A stretch of DNA of 64,000 bases from an uncultured Chloroflexia bacterium. Lineage in GTDB: Bacteria > Chloroflexota > Limnocylindria > Limnocylindrales > CSP1-4. How positions within the stretch are numbered: position 1 is the stretch's first letter; each line of letters opens with the position of its first letter. The translations under genes were made by a program, and so were the position numbers. Shown here in pieces: positions 61,512 through 64,000 of the stretch. A model generated the notes under the pieces. The model did no database searches. It saw only the letters and a list, made by a program, of their open reading frames with translations, and was not told the origin of the DNA. The stretch is from NCBI GenBank assembly GCA_963755995.1, contig CAVWLQ010000002.1, forward strand, positions 129,612 to 193,611, given 5' to 3'.

Positions 61512-62966
61512 ATGGGTGCCATGAGTCCCATCGACACGCGCGTCGAGACCGAGGTCGCCCCGCGCACACCACCGGCCACCAGCGGGCGAACCGCCACCCC
61601 GCCGCCGACGACGGCCGTCGACCGCAGACCGGAGCGCACGACGACGGTCGCACCCGCACCCGCATCCGGCACATCGGCGCGCCGGCGGGCGATCGCAGCG
61701 GCCATCGTCGACATCGTGGATCGGGCCGTCGTGGATCGCGATGCGCTCGAGATCGTGCTGGCCGGCCCGGGCGCCCGGACCAGGGGCGCGCGGTCGCGGG
61801 TCGTGGTCAACGGTCCGGACGCGGTGGCCCACCTGCTGCTCCCGCCAAGCGGCGACGCGTTCGCCGAGGCGTACCTCCGCGGCGAGGTCGAGATCGACGG
61901 CGACGTGATGGCCACGGTCGTGGCCGCGGAGTCGATCGACGTCCGGCGCCTCCACCCGGCCGACCTCCGCAGGATCGTCCGGTGGCTCCCGGAGCTTCGA
62001 CGCGACGCCACGCCGGTGCCCGGCCTCCAGCGGAGCTCACGCATGCGCGGTGCGCTCCATTCGCGGGCGCGGGACATGGCCGCGATCCGCTTCCACTACG
62101 ACGTCGGCGAGGCGTTCTACTCGCTCTGGCTCGACGCCCGGCTGGCCTACTCGTGCGCCTACTTCCCGGTGGGCGCGACCGCGCTGACGGCGCCCGGCCT
62201 CCTCGACGAGGCCCAGGACGGAAAGCTGGACCTGATCGCGCGCAAGCTGCGGCTGGGTCCGGACACGCACCTGCTCGACATCGGCTGTGGCTGGGGCTCG
62301 CTGATCGGCTACGCGGCCGAGCGCTATGGGACGCCGTCCGTCGGCGTGACCCTGAGCCAGCGGCAGGCCGACCAGGCCAACGCTCGCGCCAGGACGGCCG
62401 GCGTCGCCCCGCTGGTCGAGGCACGGGTCCTCGACTACCGCGACATGGGCGATCTGGGGCGGTTCGATGCGGTCGCCTCGGTCGGCATGTTCGAGCATGT
62501 CGGGCGGGCCAACCTGCAGACCTATTTCCGGGCGGCGTACGACGCGCTCGAGCCCGGCGGCCTGTTCCTCAACCACGGCATCGCCGGTGCCGGGACGAGG
62601 CATCGGCCGTCCGGCCTGCGGCCGCGCGGCAACCAGTTCCTGCAGCGCTACGTCTTCCCCGACGGCGAGCTGGTGGCCGTGGAGGATGCCGTGGCGTTCG
62701 CGCGAGCGGCCGGGTTCGAGGTGCTGGACGTCCAGTCCCTCCGGCCCCACTACGCGCTGACTCTCGCGGCATGGGTCGCGCGCCTCGAGGCGAACTGGCC
62801 GGCCGCGGTCGCCGCGGCGGGCGACGAGGTCGCACGGACGTGGCGGCTGTACATGTCGGCGGCCCGGCTCGGGTTCGAGCGGGGCGAGCTGGACGTCTGC
62901 CAGCTCCTCCTCGCGAAGCCCGCCGACGGCCGGCCAGCCGAGCTCCCGCTCCGACCGTGGTGGTGA
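61512..62966 (+). CDS. Cyclopropane-fatty-acyl-phospholipid synthase family SAM-dependent methyltransferase (mycolic-acid cyclopropane synthase-like) with Ala/Pro-rich N-terminal extension
   Basis: SD GGAGG then ATG (MGAMSP). SAM motif I LLDIGCGWG. FHYDVGEAFYSLWLD. LQRYVFPDGEL. Confidence 0.8.
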   Translation: MGAMSPIDTRVETEVAPRTPPATSGRTATPPPTTAVDRRPERTTTVAPAPASGTSARRRAIAAAIVDIVDRAVVDRDALEIVLAGPGARTRGARSRVVVNGPDAVAHLLLPPSGDAFAEAYLRGEVEIDGDVMATVVAAESIDVRRLHPADLRRIVRWLPELRRDATPVPGLQRSSRMRGALHSRARDMAAIRFHYDVGEAFYSLWLDARLAYSCAYFPVGATALTAPGLLDEAQDGKLDLIARKLRLGPDTHLLDIGCGWGSLIGYAAERYGTPSVGVTLSQRQADQANARARTAGVAPLVEARVLDYRDMGDLGRFDAVASVGMFEHVGRANLQTYFRAAYDALEPGGLFLNHGIAGAGTRHRPSGLRPRGNQFLQRYVFPDGELVAVEDAVAFARAAGFEVLDVQSLRPHYALTLAAWVARLEANWPAAVAAAGDEVARTWRLYMSAARLGFERGELDVCQLLLAKPADGRPAELPLRPWW

Positions 62967-63047
62967 CGGCCGTCGACGCCTGACATGGATCGAGCCCGGC
63001 CGCATGGCGGACCGGGCTCGGTGGGTCGTCGGCGCCGACGCGCCCGG

Positions 63048-63677
63048 CTACGTCCCGGACGGGGTTGTCGTTTCGGCCTCCGCGGCCGCCTCCTTGATCG
63101 CACCCGCGGTCTCCTCGTCCACGGGAACGGTCTTGACCTCCTCGGCTTCGGGCATCTTCGCCTCGACGGCGGGAGCGTCCTTGGCCGTGACGAGCGCGAG
63201 GATCCCGGACGTGCCCGGCGTGATGACGTCGGCCAGGTCCTGCTCGACCTCGAGGCGACGAGCGAGGTTGCGCGCCTTGCCGGCGGCGGCGCCGGCGACA
63301 CCGAGCGTCACGGCCCCGGCCACGAGGGTGGCGGGCAGGAAGACCGCGGCGACGACGCCGCCGACGATCCCCCACTTGAGGCCGGTCCGGGTGCTGTGGT
63401 CGGTCATCTTCTCGACGTGGAGCCGGCCATCGTCGTCGGCCTTGACGACCAGGACGCCGTCGATGTGCAGCGACCCATCGATCTCGCCGGCGAGCAGGTT
63501 GTCGTAGATCGCGCGCGCCGACGTGGTGTCGGCGAACCGGGCGACGACCAGTGCGTGGTCGCCCTCGACCGCGATGGCGCCCTCGGCCAGCACGCCGTAC
63601 TCGTCGGCCACCGTCGCGCCCATGATGATCACGTCGTCCGACGCTGTGGTCGGCGTGTCCTTCGATCCCTCGGTCAT
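63048..63677 (-). CDS. DUF1269-like membrane protein (glycine-zipper TM segment)
   Basis: GLKWGIVGGVVAAVFLPATLVAGAVTLGVAGAAAG glycine-zipper helix pair. Start at Met MTEGSKD. Confidence 0.5.
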   Translation of the reverse strand: MTEGSKDTPTTASDDVIIMGATVADEYGVLAEGAIAVEGDHALVVARFADTTSARAIYDNLLAGEIDGSLHIDGVLVVKADDDGRLHVEKMTDHSTRTGLKWGIVGGVVAAVFLPATLVAGAVTLGVAGAAAGKARNLARRLEVEQDLADVITPGTSGILALVTAKDAPAVEAKMPEAEEVKTVPVDEETAGAIKEAAAEAETTTPSGT

Positions 63678-63917
63678 GGCCGTCCTCCTTCTCCCGCCGC
63701 AACGGCGGTCCACCCCTGTTCGCGCGTCATCGATCGGTCGGGCGTTGGGGCCACGAAGCGGCGGTCGAGCGCAAGCGGAGCCGCCATCGTACCAACCGGC
63801 CGGCGGGGCGTCGTGTTTTCATCGATGCATGCACGGCCGGCGCGCCTATCCTGTGCTGGACAGAGCGACGCACGAACGGGCTGCTGGGGGCCGGGACGGA
63901 TGGAGGGTCAACAGGGA

Positions 63918-64000
63918 TGAGCCGACTGCTCGGCTTCTACGAGATGCAGCTGCGCGTGCTGTGGGAATGGCGCGGCGGCCGCATCGCGCTCCTGAAGCGA
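63918..64000 (+). CDS. 5' end of a gene running off the window (MSRLLGFYEMQLRVLWEWRGGRIALLKR...)
   Basis: ATG at 63918 with an open frame to the window end. Confidence 0.25.

Overview
This window is a very high-GC, actinobacterial-type chromosomal segment (GTG/TTG starts, ATGA/GTGA start-stop overlaps, ECF sigma/RskA, SARP, NlpC/P60, F420-type LLM). It carries about 60 genes, mostly metabolic, transport and envelope functions, plus one riboswitch and a handful of hairpin terminators. No rRNA, tRNA, CRISPR array, IS element or prophage was recognised.

Main blocks, in order:
- A small GG-terminated protein translationally coupled to a DUF4132 protein.
- An ECF sigma / BNR-propeller anti-sigma / GH3 NagZ (LpqI-like) lipoprotein operon with an ECF-type promoter.
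- An NMT1/THI5-type ABC importer plus class-III aminotransferase, and a CUT1-type tandem permease.
- A reductive pyrimidine/beta-alanine catabolic cluster: nitrilase-family beta-ureidopropionase, LLM (F420-type) oxidoreductase, cupin, dihydropyrimidinase and homocysteine methyltransferase, with mmsA and the aminotransferase nearby. It lacks a canonical PydA/PreTA.
- A 1152-aa subtilisin.
- Two lgt paralogs, one divergent from a SARP regulator.
- mdh and pckA.
- A SAM-I riboswitch in front of a ThrC-like (Zn-ribbon) / MoaD-CysO-like pair, next to a cbs-GNAT-metB operon.
- A SigK/RskA-like pair, an MbfA-like ferritin-VIT fusion, ocd, a DASS permease, abgT-pepA, an S45 acylase, and an atypical sufB-sufD-Rieske locus.

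At least 12 conserved genes are split across reading frames by a total of about 17 frameshifts, often near G/C runs. SufD and PckA carry three each. This most likely reflects indel errors in the assembly rather than real pseudogenes. All coordinates carry roughly +/-3 nt uncertainty from hand counting; the ORF-track arithmetic was used wherever possible.
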